DNA from: Candidatus Bathyarchaeota archaeon
Lineage (GTDB): Archaea; Thermoproteota; Bathyarchaeia; TCS64
Reading direction: 5' to 3'
NCBI GenBank assembly: GCA_016783455.1
Contig: JADHWN010000002.1
Coordinates: 25,836 to 89,835, forward strand
Length of the DNA: 64,000 bases
The translations under genes and the position numbers were made by a program. The notes below the pieces were generated by a model. It ran no database searches and was not told where the DNA came from. It worked only from the letters and a program-made list of their open reading frames with translations. Shown piece by piece: positions 55,482 through 64,000 of this stretch. Numbering within the stretch: the first letter of the stretch is position 1; each line of letters begins with the position of its first letter.

Positions 55482-56648
55482 ATGCCGAGTGAACGCAGCT
55501 TCGATGAGACCTACCCCGCCAATGAAAGCTACGAGAGGTTCGACCAGAGGGACTCCGCCTTCGGCAGGCATCTGAAGAAGACGGGCAGGACTGTAGGCTT
55601 CGGCTCCGACGAGGAGAAGGCCGAGAGGATCAGGAAAGACCTGCCCGGGTACTCCCTCGTCGACTACGCGTTCAACTCGGCTGCGGGGATGTACGAGACC
55701 CTCCCGGGGGAGCACTACTCTCAGGGGACGGGCTTCTACAAATGGAGCTCACTGGGCGTCGCCCGCAAGCCCGAGGGGATCCCCCGATGGGAGGGGACAC
55801 CCGAGAAAGCCGCCAAGATCGTTGAAAAGGCGGCGAAGTACTACGGGGCAGCCGGCGTCGGCTTCTGTGAGCTTGACAGGCGCTGGGTGTACACTGCGAC
55901 CCGCTTCGGGAAGCCCATCGTCTTCGAGGACATAGAGGAGGGGTACGTCAGCGAGGAGAAGGCGGTGATCCCGGAGAGCCACAAGTACGTCATCGCCCTC
56001 ACGGTGCCCATGGAGTACGAGGAGACCCTCTACTCCCCGACCCGCCTCGAGGTCGCCACCGTCATGGGGTACAGCAGGATGCACATCCTGGCGGGCCACG
56101 TCGCCGAGTTCATACGGGGCATCGGCTACCACGCCGTCCCCACCGGCAACGACACAGCCATGAGCATCCCCATCGCCATCCAAGCCGGCCTCGGCCACCT
56201 GGGCCGCCACGGCAGGCTCATCACCTGGGAGAGGGGCCCCCTCGTCAGGATCCTCAAGATATTCACTGACCTCCCCCTGCCGGTCAGCCCCCAAGCCGCC
56301 GATGGGATCATCGAGTTCTGCGAGGTCTGCAAGAAGTGCGCGAAGCACTGCCCGAGCAAGTCCATCTCCGAGGGGCCGCGGACCTGGGAGGGGCCGAGTG
56401 CAGCCAACAACCCGGGAGTGTACAAGTGGTACACGGACGCCGAGGCGTGCCTTGAGTACTGGAACGAGATCGGGAACGGGTGCAACAACTGCTTCCGGGT
56501 CTGCAGCTTCACAAAGTCTCCCGGATTCCTCCACGACGCTGTGAAGTGGTTCATCCGGAACGTCCCCCAGCTCAACAGGCTCTGGGTCTGGGCCAACGAC
56601 GCCATGGGCTACGGCAAAATGCCTGATCCCCGGAAGTACTGGGATTAG
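55482..56648 (+). CDS. rdhA: Reductive dehalogenase homologue (cobalamin, two Fe-S clusters), no Tat signal
   Basis: RFDQR, RWEGTPE, YGA..VG..ELDRRWVY, AGLG..GR.G.LIT...GP.VR..KIFTDLPL, FCEVCKKCAKHCP, C..C..CFRVC. Confidence 0.85.
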   Translation: MPSERSFDETYPANESYERFDQRDSAFGRHLKKTGRTVGFGSDEEKAERIRKDLPGYSLVDYAFNSAAGMYETLPGEHYSQGTGFYKWSSLGVARKPEGIPRWEGTPEKAAKIVEKAAKYYGAAGVGFCELDRRWVYTATRFGKPIVFEDIEEGYVSEEKAVIPESHKYVIALTVPMEYEETLYSPTRLEVATVMGYSRMHILAGHVAEFIRGIGYHAVPTGNDTAMSIPIAIQAGLGHLGRHGRLITWERGPLVRILKIFTDLPLPVSPQAADGIIEFCEVCKKCAKHCPSKSISEGPRTWEGPSAANNPGVYKWYTDAEACLEYWNEIGNGCNNCFRVCSFTKSPGFLHDAVKWFIRNVPQLNRLWVWANDAMGYGKMPDPRKYWD

Positions 56649-56672
56649 AGGAATCCTGTATCGAGATTGTCC

Positions 56673-56996
56673 TCAGTCGGGGATCTCTGCTATTGCTGTG
56701 ATCTCTATCTCCCTGCCCATGAGCCCTGCCTGGACGCAGGTCCGCGTCGGCGGGTTCTCGGGGAAGAACTCCCTCCAGAGGGGGTTCAGGATAGTGGGCC
56801 TGTCATCGAGGTCCTCCAGGTAGACGGGGGCGTTGACCACGTGCTCCAGGGAGGAGCCATTCTCCTCGAGGGTCTCCTTGATCCTCTCGAAGGTGTTCCT
56901 GAAGCGGGTCTCCTTGTCATCTCCCCTGCCGATCATTCCACTGAGGAATAGGATGTTCCCCACGCGCCTCACCCTTGAAAGAAGAGGTTTCGACAT
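56673..56996 (-). CDS. RidA/YjgF family protein
   Basis: LFLSG, GSSLEHVV, PPTRTCV, IEITAIA. Confidence 0.88.
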   Translation of the reverse strand: MSKPLLSRVRRVGNILFLSGMIGRGDDKETRFRNTFERIKETLEENGSSLEHVVNAPVYLEDLDDRPTILNPLWREFFPENPPTRTCVQAGLMGREIEITAIAEIPD

Positions 56997-57091
56997 TTCA
57001 CATCAAACTCAGAGATGAAGGCATAGTAGTAATAAGACTATCGTGAACCTCTGCAAAGAGACAAATAATGAAGAGGAGAATAGGGACCACC

Positions 57092-58081
57092 ATGGGCGAC
57101 GAATCTCCGAAAGTGAAAGTGGCTGTCGTGCAGGCCGCATCCGTCCTATTCGATCGCGAGGCGTCCGTGGAGAAGGCGGTCCGCCTGATCGCTGAGGCCG
57201 CGGGGAAGGGGGCCAAGCTGATCCTGTTCCCGGAGGCCTTCATACCCGCATACCCCCGGGGGCTGGGCTTTGGCACCGTCGTAGGCGACAGGAAGCCCGA
57301 GGGTCGCCTGACCTGGGAGAGGTACTGGGCCAATTCGGTGGAGGTACCCGGTCCGGTCACCGAGAGGCTGGGGGAGGCGGCCCGTGAGGCCGGCGCCTAC
57401 CTGGCGTTGGGTGTCATCGAGAGGGATAGCGAGTACAGCCGGGGCACGGTCTACTGCACCCTGCTCTACTTCAACCCTGATGGTAGGCTCATGGGGAAGC
57501 ACAGGAAGCTGATGCCCACGGCTGCGGAGCGCCTCATCTGGGGGTCAGGGGACGGGAGCACCCTGGCAACGTTCAAGACGGAGATCGGCGTCATCGGGGG
57601 ACTTATTTGTTGGGAGAACTACATGCCCCTGGCAAGGGTCTCCATGTACGGCAAGGGGGTCGAGATCTACCTCGCCCCTACGGCGGACCAGCGGGAACGA
57701 TGGCAGAGCACCCTCGTCCACATCGCACTTGAGGGACGCTGCTTCGTCCTCGGCTGCAACCAGTACGTGACGAAGAGCATGTACCCCTCCGACCTCGCTG
57801 GGGTCGAGGACCTCGAGGAGCTGCCTGAGGTGATCTGCCGGGGAGGGAGCGTCATAATCTCCCCCCTGGGGGAGGTGATAGCCGGGCCGCTGTACGACGA
57901 GGAGGGGATACTCTACGCGGACCTCGACCTCGCCAACGTGGTGCGGAGCCGCTTCGACTTCGACGCCGTGGGCCACTACTCCAGGCCTGATGTATTTCAG
58001 CTGCACGTGGATGAGCGCCCCAAGCCTGAGGTGAACTACGAGAAGCCCACGAACATCAAGGGGTCCGATGAACAACAATAA
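57092..58081 (+). CDS. Nitrilase (carbon-nitrogen hydrolase)
   Basis: E-K-C triad: FPEAF, HRKLMPT, LICWENYMP; alternative start at 57068. Confidence 0.92.
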   Translation: MGDESPKVKVAVVQAASVLFDREASVEKAVRLIAEAAGKGAKLILFPEAFIPAYPRGLGFGTVVGDRKPEGRLTWERYWANSVEVPGPVTERLGEAAREAGAYLALGVIERDSEYSRGTVYCTLLYFNPDGRLMGKHRKLMPTAAERLIWGSGDGSTLATFKTEIGVIGGLICWENYMPLARVSMYGKGVEIYLAPTADQRERWQSTLVHIALEGRCFVLGCNQYVTKSMYPSDLAGVEDLEELPEVICRGGSVIISPLGEVIAGPLYDEEGILYADLDLANVVRSRFDFDAVGHYSRPDVFQLHVDERPKPEVNYEKPTNIKGSDEQQ

Positions 58082-58147
58082 CTGATGAAAGGAGATCATC
58101 TCAACAGGCTACAGGGTTTTTTAAACGTACGAGCACCCTGAAGTTGG

Positions 58148-59335
58148 ATGGGCTCAGTGGGAGAAAAGAGGGGGCTGACCAGGAAGGTTGCCCTCCTAAG
58201 CCTGGCGATATTCCTCGCCGACGCCAGCCACAGCACCGTGATGCCCATATTCCCCGGCTTCGCCCAAGGGATAGGGGCGAGCCTGAGCGTTCTGGGCTCC
58301 TACGGTTCCGTGGCGGCCTTCGCCATGCTGCTGCTCTCCCTTCCCTTCGGCAGGCTCTCCGATAAACTGGGGAGGAAGCGGATGATGACCCCGGGACTCC
58401 TCATCTTCATCGTCGTCCCCCTCTCCTACATGCTGGCGTCGAACCCCCTCCACCTCTACCCCATCAGGATACTGCTGGGGCTGGGAGTCGGGCTGATCTT
58501 CGGTAACGGTTTCCTCCTCATGACCGAGGTCGCCGAGCCCGTGTTCAGGAGCACCGCTCAGGGGATGTACATGACCTCCATGGGGCTGGGCTTCACCGTG
58601 GGCCCCCTCCTGGGGGGCTTCACCACGAAACTCTACGGATCCGACGTTAGCTTCATGCTGAGCAGCGGCTTCGCCGTCCTGAGCATCATACTGCTCCAGT
58701 TCGTGGAGGAGAAGGAGAGGGGGGAGGCGAGGGAGAGCGTGGAGAGGCCGAGCATCTCCTCGATCATCGGGGACCCCCGGGTCCTTGCCGCGGGGTTCGC
58801 CAACTACCTCAACTCCCTCATGTTCAACGCCCTCACCCTGTTCTTCCCCGTCTACGGGGCGAGTATCGGGCTCGACGAAGCCGAGGTGGGCATCGGGTTC
58901 ACGACGAGGGGGCTGGCGAGCACCGCCGTGAGGCTGCCCGTGGGCTCGTTGACCAAGCGGTTCAGGGTCCTCTACCTCATGGTCTTCGGGCTGCTGATGT
59001 CGGCGGTCACGATCTTCAGTGTCTCCCAGTCCACGGGGCTGATCCTCGTGAGCGCCCTCCTGGGAATCCAGGGGATCGCCTACGGCATCTACCTGACCTC
59101 GGGCAACGTCTACGTCGCGCAGAGCTCGGGGGAGGAGAGCAGGGGGACGGCCATGGCGGTGTTCTCCATGTTTGGGAACGTGAGCGGTATCATCAACCCC
59201 CTTATACTGGGCCTGATAGCGGAGATCCTCGGGGCCAGGGGGGCGCTGCAGTTCTCCACTGGGATGACTCTGGTGGGCTTGATCCTTGTCTTCTATTTGG
59301 CCAGCAGGGACCGTGAAGAGAGCCTACCCACTTGA
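58148..59335 (+). CDS. MFS transporter
   Basis: GRLSDKLGRKR motif A; about 12 TM helices. Confidence 0.92.
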   Translation: MGSVGEKRGLTRKVALLSLAIFLADASHSTVMPIFPGFAQGIGASLSVLGSYGSVAAFAMLLLSLPFGRLSDKLGRKRMMTPGLLIFIVVPLSYMLASNPLHLYPIRILLGLGVGLIFGNGFLLMTEVAEPVFRSTAQGMYMTSMGLGFTVGPLLGGFTTKLYGSDVSFMLSSGFAVLSIILLQFVEEKERGEARESVERPSISSIIGDPRVLAAGFANYLNSLMFNALTLFFPVYGASIGLDEAEVGIGFTTRGLASTAVRLPVGSLTKRFRVLYLMVFGLLMSAVTIFSVSQSTGLILVSALLGIQGIAYGIYLTSGNVYVAQSSGEESRGTAMAVFSMFGNVSGIINPLILGLIAEILGARGALQFSTGMTLVGLILVFYLASRDREESLPT

Positions 59336-59416
59336 AAGGGTACCATGCAAAGACGGGAGGATGCTACCTATGAGGTTTTTAATGTCCTCGGTCATAGTTG
59401 GGTCGGTGGATTCTGG

Positions 59417-60352
59417 ATGTCAGGTTTTCACGGAGCCAAGTACTGCTGGATGAACGGCGAGGTAAAGGAGACCAAGGACGCCCTAGTCTCGGCCATGGAG
59501 CCCTTCCACTACGGGATATTCGAGGGGATAAGGGCCTACGTCGAGGGGGATATCCTCGGCGAGGGCGACCTCAACATCTTCAGGTGGCAGGCCCACGTCG
59601 ACCGCCTCAGGAGGAGCGCCGTGGTCTGCGGCCTCGGGGTGCCCTACACCGACGAGGAGTTGCTGGAGGCGACCCGGGAGATCATCAAGCTCAACGGATA
59701 CCGGAAGACGACATACATCATGCCTCGCATCTGGCCCAAGGCAGAGGCCGTCAGGAGACGGGGGCTGGCCGACGACTGGCACGTCGTCATCCCGGTCTGG
59801 GAGATGCCCACGAGGCTCGAGGAGGAGGCCTTCACAAGGGAGAGGCGGTACATGATCAGCAGCTGGAGACGACTCGCCCCCGACGCTCTCCCCACCCAGG
59901 CCAAGGCGTGGGCAAACTACGCCAACTCGGGGCTCGCGGGGAGGGAGGCAGCGAGGCTCGGCTTCGACGACGCCATATTCCTAGACAGCCGGGGCTTCGT
60001 CAGCGAGGCCACAGGGGCCTGCCTCATGACCGTGCGCAACGGGAAGGTGATCACCCCGCCCGTGACGGCCTCTATCTTGGAGTCGGTCACGAGGGACGCA
60101 TTCCTCGAGTTCTTACCGGAGGACCTGGGGATCCCCGTCGAGGTGAAGGACATCACGCGGGTGGAGCTCTACGCCTCGGACGAGGCCTTCGCATGTGGCA
60201 CCGGGGGGGAGGTCACGCCGATAACCAGCGTCGACGACATCAGGTTCGGGGACGAGTACCCCGGCCCCATAACCGACGAGATAGCCAAGCACTTTATGAA
60301 GGTCCTCGGCGGGAACGTGGAGAAGCGCAGGGGCTGGCTCACCCCAGTCTAA
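59417..60352 (+). CDS. ilvE: Branched-chain amino acid aminotransferase (class IV)
   Basis: HYGIFEG, H..RL..SA, QAKAWANY, EATGAC, ILESVTR, CGTGGEVTP; ORF open from 59345. Confidence 0.85.
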   Translation: MSGFHGAKYCWMNGEVKETKDALVSAMEPFHYGIFEGIRAYVEGDILGEGDLNIFRWQAHVDRLRRSAVVCGLGVPYTDEELLEATREIIKLNGYRKTTYIMPRIWPKAEAVRRRGLADDWHVVIPVWEMPTRLEEEAFTRERRYMISSWRRLAPDALPTQAKAWANYANSGLAGREAARLGFDDAIFLDSRGFVSEATGACLMTVRNGKVITPPVTASILESVTRDAFLEFLPEDLGIPVEVKDITRVELYASDEAFACGTGGEVTPITSVDDIRFGDEYPGPITDEIAKHFMKVLGGNVEKRRGWLTPV

Positions 60353-60373
60353 GCGGATGAGGGGGGCTGAACG

Positions 60374-60811
60374 TTGCCCGAGATAGATGAGCGGAGCTTC
60401 AACCTGGGGAAGCAGGTCGGAGAGATCAAGGCCTGGTGCGAGGCCGCGAGGAGCGGCGCGAAGGATATGTCCCTCAGCGCGCCCTTCAGGCCCAAGGACT
60501 ACGAGAGCATCCTCCCCCACATGGAGGAGCAGGCGGGGCGCAACGATGTCAAGTTCCACCTGGAGAGGAGCCTCATGGGCACCGACCTCTTCGGGGAGAT
60601 GGACCTGTCCGGGATATGGATCTTCATCATATACGCCCAGGAGGAGGTGCTGGAGAGGTACCTAGCCCTCAAGGCCGAGAAGGAGATGCTCAAGGCGGAG
60701 GGAAAGTACGAGGGGGAAGCCAAGAGGAGTATCGCCATTGGATTGGGCAGGCTCCTCGGCTACAGCGAGGCGCACATCAACAGGCGCCTCAAGATGAATT
60801 ATGGGAGTTAG
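60374..60811 (+). CDS. Hypothetical protein
   Basis: In operon; GRLLGYS motif. Confidence 0.65.
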   Translation: MPEIDERSFNLGKQVGEIKAWCEAARSGAKDMSLSAPFRPKDYESILPHMEEQAGRNDVKFHLERSLMGTDLFGEMDLSGIWIFIIYAQEEVLERYLALKAEKEMLKAEGKYEGEAKRSIAIGLGRLLGYSEAHINRRLKMNYGS

Positions 60812-60814
60812 TCC

Positions 60815-62089
60815 TCACAGCCTCTTCATTACCTGCTTCTGGTACTCGACGAAGGCGTCGATCTCCCCCTCGGTGTTGTAGATGTGGGGGCTGACCCGTA
60901 TCCCGCCGAAGCCCCCCTGGTACTTGACCGTGGGCCCCCCTATGGGCTTCAGGGGCCTGGCCCTCATCGCCCTTGCCGAGGCCTGATCCCCCTCGTAGCT
61001 CCCCGTCGAGTACATGATCAGCCCGTGCCTCAGGGTGTTGAGCGCCCCCTCCTCGGGGTCATCAGGGGTCTTCACGTCGCAGCCTATCTCCCTGAGCCCC
61101 TCCATGAGGTACCCCCCTAGGCCGTGAACCCGCTCCTCGATCTTCTCCTTACCGAGGCTGTTGAGCCACCTCAGGGCCGCATGCCAGCCCCAGAGCTGGT
61201 CAGTGGCGGTGGTCCCTGGTTCGAACCTCTGAGCGTTCCCTGGGAAGGAGGCGGGATAGCTCTCCAATGGGTCATGGTCCTGAGCTCCGAAGGGGAACAT
61301 GTCCATCCCCGTCACCCCGGGCCCCCTGTCCACGTTGATGTAGGACCAGAAGGCGGGCTCAAGCCCCTCGCAGAGCTCCCTCCTGACGTATAGGATCCCC
61401 GCCTCGGGGGGTCCGCACTGCCACTTGTAGCTCCCGGAGACCAGGAAGTCGACGCCGTCCCGCTTGACGTCTATCACCTTCGCCCCCAGGGTCTGGATGG
61501 CGTCGTCGACGACGAGGGCCCCCGCCTCGTGGGCTATCGAGCAGACGGCCTCGACGTCGTAGGTGAAGCCGCTGCCGACGCTCGTCCTGTTGATGCAGAC
61601 GAGCTTCGTGCGGTCGTCAACGGCGGCCTCCATGTCCTCCCGCATGATACGCCCGTTGACGTTCCCCACCTTCCTGAGTTCGACCCCCATCCTCCGGAGC
61701 GCCAGCATAGTGTGCCCCGTGGAGGGGTAGGCCTGGTCTGTGAGGACGACGTTGTCCCCCTTGGCCCAGGGGTCGTTGTGGCCTATGATGTCCCTCACCA
61801 TGTTCAGGCCCTGGACGACCCTTGAGACGAAGCAGATGTCGTCGGCGTCCGCGTTGATGAGCCTCGCGGCCTCCTCCCTGCATTGGACCGCCTTCTCAGA
61901 GAACCAGGCGTGGCCCGTCCCCTCCAGGTCGCTCCCCCGCCTCCTCCGGTTCCAACAGTCCATCACTGCGTCGTAGACGACGAGGCTGAAGGGGGCGGAG
62001 CCTGCTGCGCCCAGGTAGATCATCCCGTCGATGTGGGGGAAGACCCCCCTGATCTCGTCGAGCTTGCTTTCTAGACCCAAATGGTCCAC
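60815..62089 (-). CDS. Class V PLP-dependent enzyme
   Basis: VDDAIQ, SYKWQCGP, RFEPGT, IRVSPHIYN. Confidence 0.88.
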   Translation of the reverse strand: MDHLGLESKLDEIRGVFPHIDGMIYLGAAGSAPFSLVVYDAVMDCWNRRRRGSDLEGTGHAWFSEKAVQCREEAARLINADADDICFVSRVVQGLNMVRDIIGHNDPWAKGDNVVLTDQAYPSTGHTMLALRRMGVELRKVGNVNGRIMREDMEAAVDDRTKLVCINRTSVGSGFTYDVEAVCSIAHEAGALVVDDAIQTLGAKVIDVKRDGVDFLVSGSYKWQCGPPEAGILYVRRELCEGLEPAFWSYINVDRGPGVTGMDMFPFGAQDHDPLESYPASFPGNAQRFEPGTTATDQLWGWHAALRWLNSLGKEKIEERVHGLGGYLMEGLREIGCDVKTPDDPEEGALNTLRHGLIMYSTGSYEGDQASARAMRARPLKPIGGPTVKYQGGFGGIRVSPHIYNTEGEIDAFVEYQKQVMKRL

Positions 62090-62181
62090 CGGATTAGATA
62101 GAGCGTTTTCTCCTTATATCGTCGCGCTGTCGAATCCTGCAGTTTTATATCGCTCGATGGGCATCATCGAATTGGTGTCAG

Positions 62182-62382
62182 ATGTTCCCGGAGCTGACGG
62201 TGATGATCGTCGAGGAAGAGGCCACCCTCCGGGAGCTCGTGGAAGGCCTTGGGAGGAATTACCTCTACGCCTTCGATAAGGGCGTCATCGGAGTCACCGT
62301 CAACGGGAAGCGGCTCTGGCCCTCGGCAGTGCTCAAAAAGGGGGATAAGGTGGTCATCTACCCCATCATAACGGGGGGCTGA
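62182..62382 (+). CDS. MoaD/ThiS/SAMP ubiquitin-like protein
   Basis: VNG..LKKGD.V.IYP..GG C-terminus. Confidence 0.8.
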   Translation: MFPELTVMIVEEEATLRELVEGLGRNYLYAFDKGVIGVTVNGKRLWPSAVLKKGDKVVIYPIITGG

Positions 62383-62389
62383 CCCGCCC

Positions 62390-63136
62390 TCAGTCCTGGA
62401 CTATGCCGGGGAAGAAGAAGTCCAGGGCGTCGGGGATCGCCTTCAGAGGAAGGTTCGAGTGATCAGCGTCCTCGTAACGCTTGTAGCTCCAGGCGAAGTC
62501 CTCGCGTGGGTTCCCCTTTAGGACCCCTATTAGCTTCACGATGCGATCCTCTATCTCCGTCCTGGCGATGGGCTCGTGGGCGACGTAGAGCATCTTCGAC
62601 TCGGGTGGCCCCTCCTTCAGGTGGGCCTCGACCTTGGATATGAGGGCGTCATCGTCCTCCCCGAACCAGGGGCTGCATGCGATGTAGGCCCTGAAGAGCT
62701 TGGGCTTGGCCACCGCGGCGTGGACCGCGAAGAGGCCTCCCAGGGAGTGGCCGATGAGGACCCTGTAGTCCCTCGTCGGGTACTTCTCCTCCACCACGGG
62801 GAACAGTTCCTCTGAGAGGAATGCGAGGAACTTGTCAGCGCCTCCCCCTGAGGGCTCTCCTCCCCGCCATCCCACCCTCACGGTGGGGGTGAAGTCCCGC
62901 ATCCTGTCTGTGCTCGCGATGCTCACCACTATCATGGGTGGTATCCTGGCCCTCCCCGAGTAGTGCTGCACGAAGCTGGACACCACGTTGTGAAGGCTGT
63001 GGCCGTCAAGCAGGTAGATGACGGGGTAGATCTCCCCCGACTCCTCGTAGCCCGGGGGCAGGTAGACGTAGATCTCCCTCTCCTCGCCCAGTATCTTGGA
63101 GTCGATGATGAATGAGTCTCCTTTCAATGGATCCAT
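62390..63136 (-). CDS. Alpha/beta hydrolase, putative esterase (IroE-like)
   Basis: YPVIYLLDG, GHSLGG, ADH. Confidence 0.88.
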   Translation of the reverse strand: MDPLKGDSFIIDSKILGEEREIYVYLPPGYEESGEIYPVIYLLDGHSLHNVVSSFVQHYSGRARIPPMIVVSIASTDRMRDFTPTVRVGWRGGEPSGGGADKFLAFLSEELFPVVEEKYPTRDYRVLIGHSLGGLFAVHAAVAKPKLFRAYIACSPWFGEDDDALISKVEAHLKEGPPESKMLYVAHEPIARTEIEDRIVKLIGVLKGNPREDFAWSYKRYEDADHSNLPLKAIPDALDFFFPGIVQD

Positions 63137-63274
63137 GACAATACGATCCTCCTGGAGATATTGGGGCTCTATGGGTATAAGACAGATCTCATCGACTTCT
63201 AGTCTTCCTCACGTCGCGAGGGGGGAGCATGAAAGAGGGTCGGAGGCTGCTCCTCACATCTATGAGGCTGCAGT

Positions 63275-63994
63275 TCATCGGGGGACGTCCTCCCGTCTTC
63301 TCCGCCTCATCGTAGACTTCAGGTCCTTCAGCGAATCGGCCACCTCCTTGGCGATCCTCGGGCCGAGGTTCCTGAGCTCCTCCGGCTCAATGATACCTCC
63401 TTCGTCGATGACCAGCCTCTTCCCACCGGGACCCCTGATTGAGACTCTACCATCGTCCACCATCACGTAACTTTCGTCGCTCAGGGTGTAGACGGTCTTG
63501 TCCTTGACGAGCACCTGGCTGCCCCCCTTGGCCGTTATGACGTTCTTCTTCACCCCGTCGTCGGACCAGATGACGACGCCCTCCCCTAGGCCCCCGGAGG
63601 AGCTAACGTTGCTGTCATTGTGCAGGTTGTGCAGGCCAAGTGCTCCACACACGCCCTCGATGAAGTCCTCTGCACTGGAGAAGTCTCTGGTCAGGAACTC
63701 CTCGTGTGAGGCGGCCCTCGACGATCCCTGGAGGTCGGTGCCGCCCACGTAGATCTTGAACCCTCCCATGTCGCCTCTGAAGCTCTTCCCCAGGGCTCCC
63801 TCCTCAGTCTCGGCAATGGCGTCGAAGGCGTACTCGGCGGGTCCCTGAATAACGGCGCCGACATGTCTTCCATCCTGCATCAGCTCGGTCCAGAGGCAGC
63901 CGGGTTGGACTTTGACAAGGACCTTCTCGGTGGAGATGACCTCGATGGGGTCCACGACGACCTTGACCCCTGCATGGGGGTTGACCTCGATCAT
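63275..63994 (-). CDS. Hypothetical protein
   Basis: 239-aa ORF with host-like codon usage; may extend beyond the window. Confidence 0.55.
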   Translation of the reverse strand: MIEVNPHAGVKVVVDPIEVISTEKVLVKVQPGCLWTELMQDGRHVGAVIQGPAEYAFDAIAETEEGALGKSFRGDMGGFKIYVGGTDLQGSSRAASHEEFLTRDFSSAEDFIEGVCGALGLHNLHNDSNVSSSGGLGEGVVIWSDDGVKKNVITAKGGSQVLVKDKTVYTLSDESYVMVDDGRVSIRGPGGKRLVIDEGGIIEPEELRNLGPRIAKEVADSLKDLKSTMRRRRREDVPR

Positions 63995-64000
63995 CAGTAC

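Noticed and set aside
59398-60360. 320-aa Arg/Gly-rich ORF
   Set aside because: Alternative frame of the aminotransferase gene; a GC3-bias artefact
60815-62382. Cysteine desulfurase plus MoaD/SAMP sulfur relay
   Set aside because: The class V enzyme lacks a recognisable catalytic Cys loop (no RxGxxC or GSAC), and the genes are only divergent neighbours

Overview
Archaeal DNA, most consistent with Bathyarchaeia. This is an inference from a tRNA with a bulge-helix-bulge intron, Fae-Hps, COG1325/COG1751/DUF371-type genes and frequent TTG starts. Host genes occupy 1-11.9 kb: tRNA-Arg(TCG) with an intron, an antiporter, an RHH-Fae-Hps fusion, an ABC exporter, a serine hydrolase and a regulator. 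Host genes resume at 52.6-64 kb: a dipeptidase, a reductive dehalogenase homologue, a nitrilase, an MFS transporter and aminotransferases. Between them is a ~40.7 kb head-tail provirus inserted in the 3' end of tRNA-Ala(GGC) and bounded by a 13-bp direct repeat, TCCCAGTCCACCA (11886-11898 and 52607-52619). Its minus-strand virion operon is unusual: terminase comes last, the tape measure is only 220 aa, an ABC-ATPase/GNAT fusion is embedded, and a frameshifted beta-helix gene lies among the neck genes. It also has an early operon (integrase, ParB, HerA-like ATPase, wHTH with a candidate origin). Its AT-rich cargo blocks hold a HEPN protein, nuclease-like genes, a solo-Cas1 remnant, DUF3800 preceded by a structured RNA, and two pairs of a secreted protein plus a membrane-anchored partner. 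All family assignments come from motifs recognised by eye; no database search was run.
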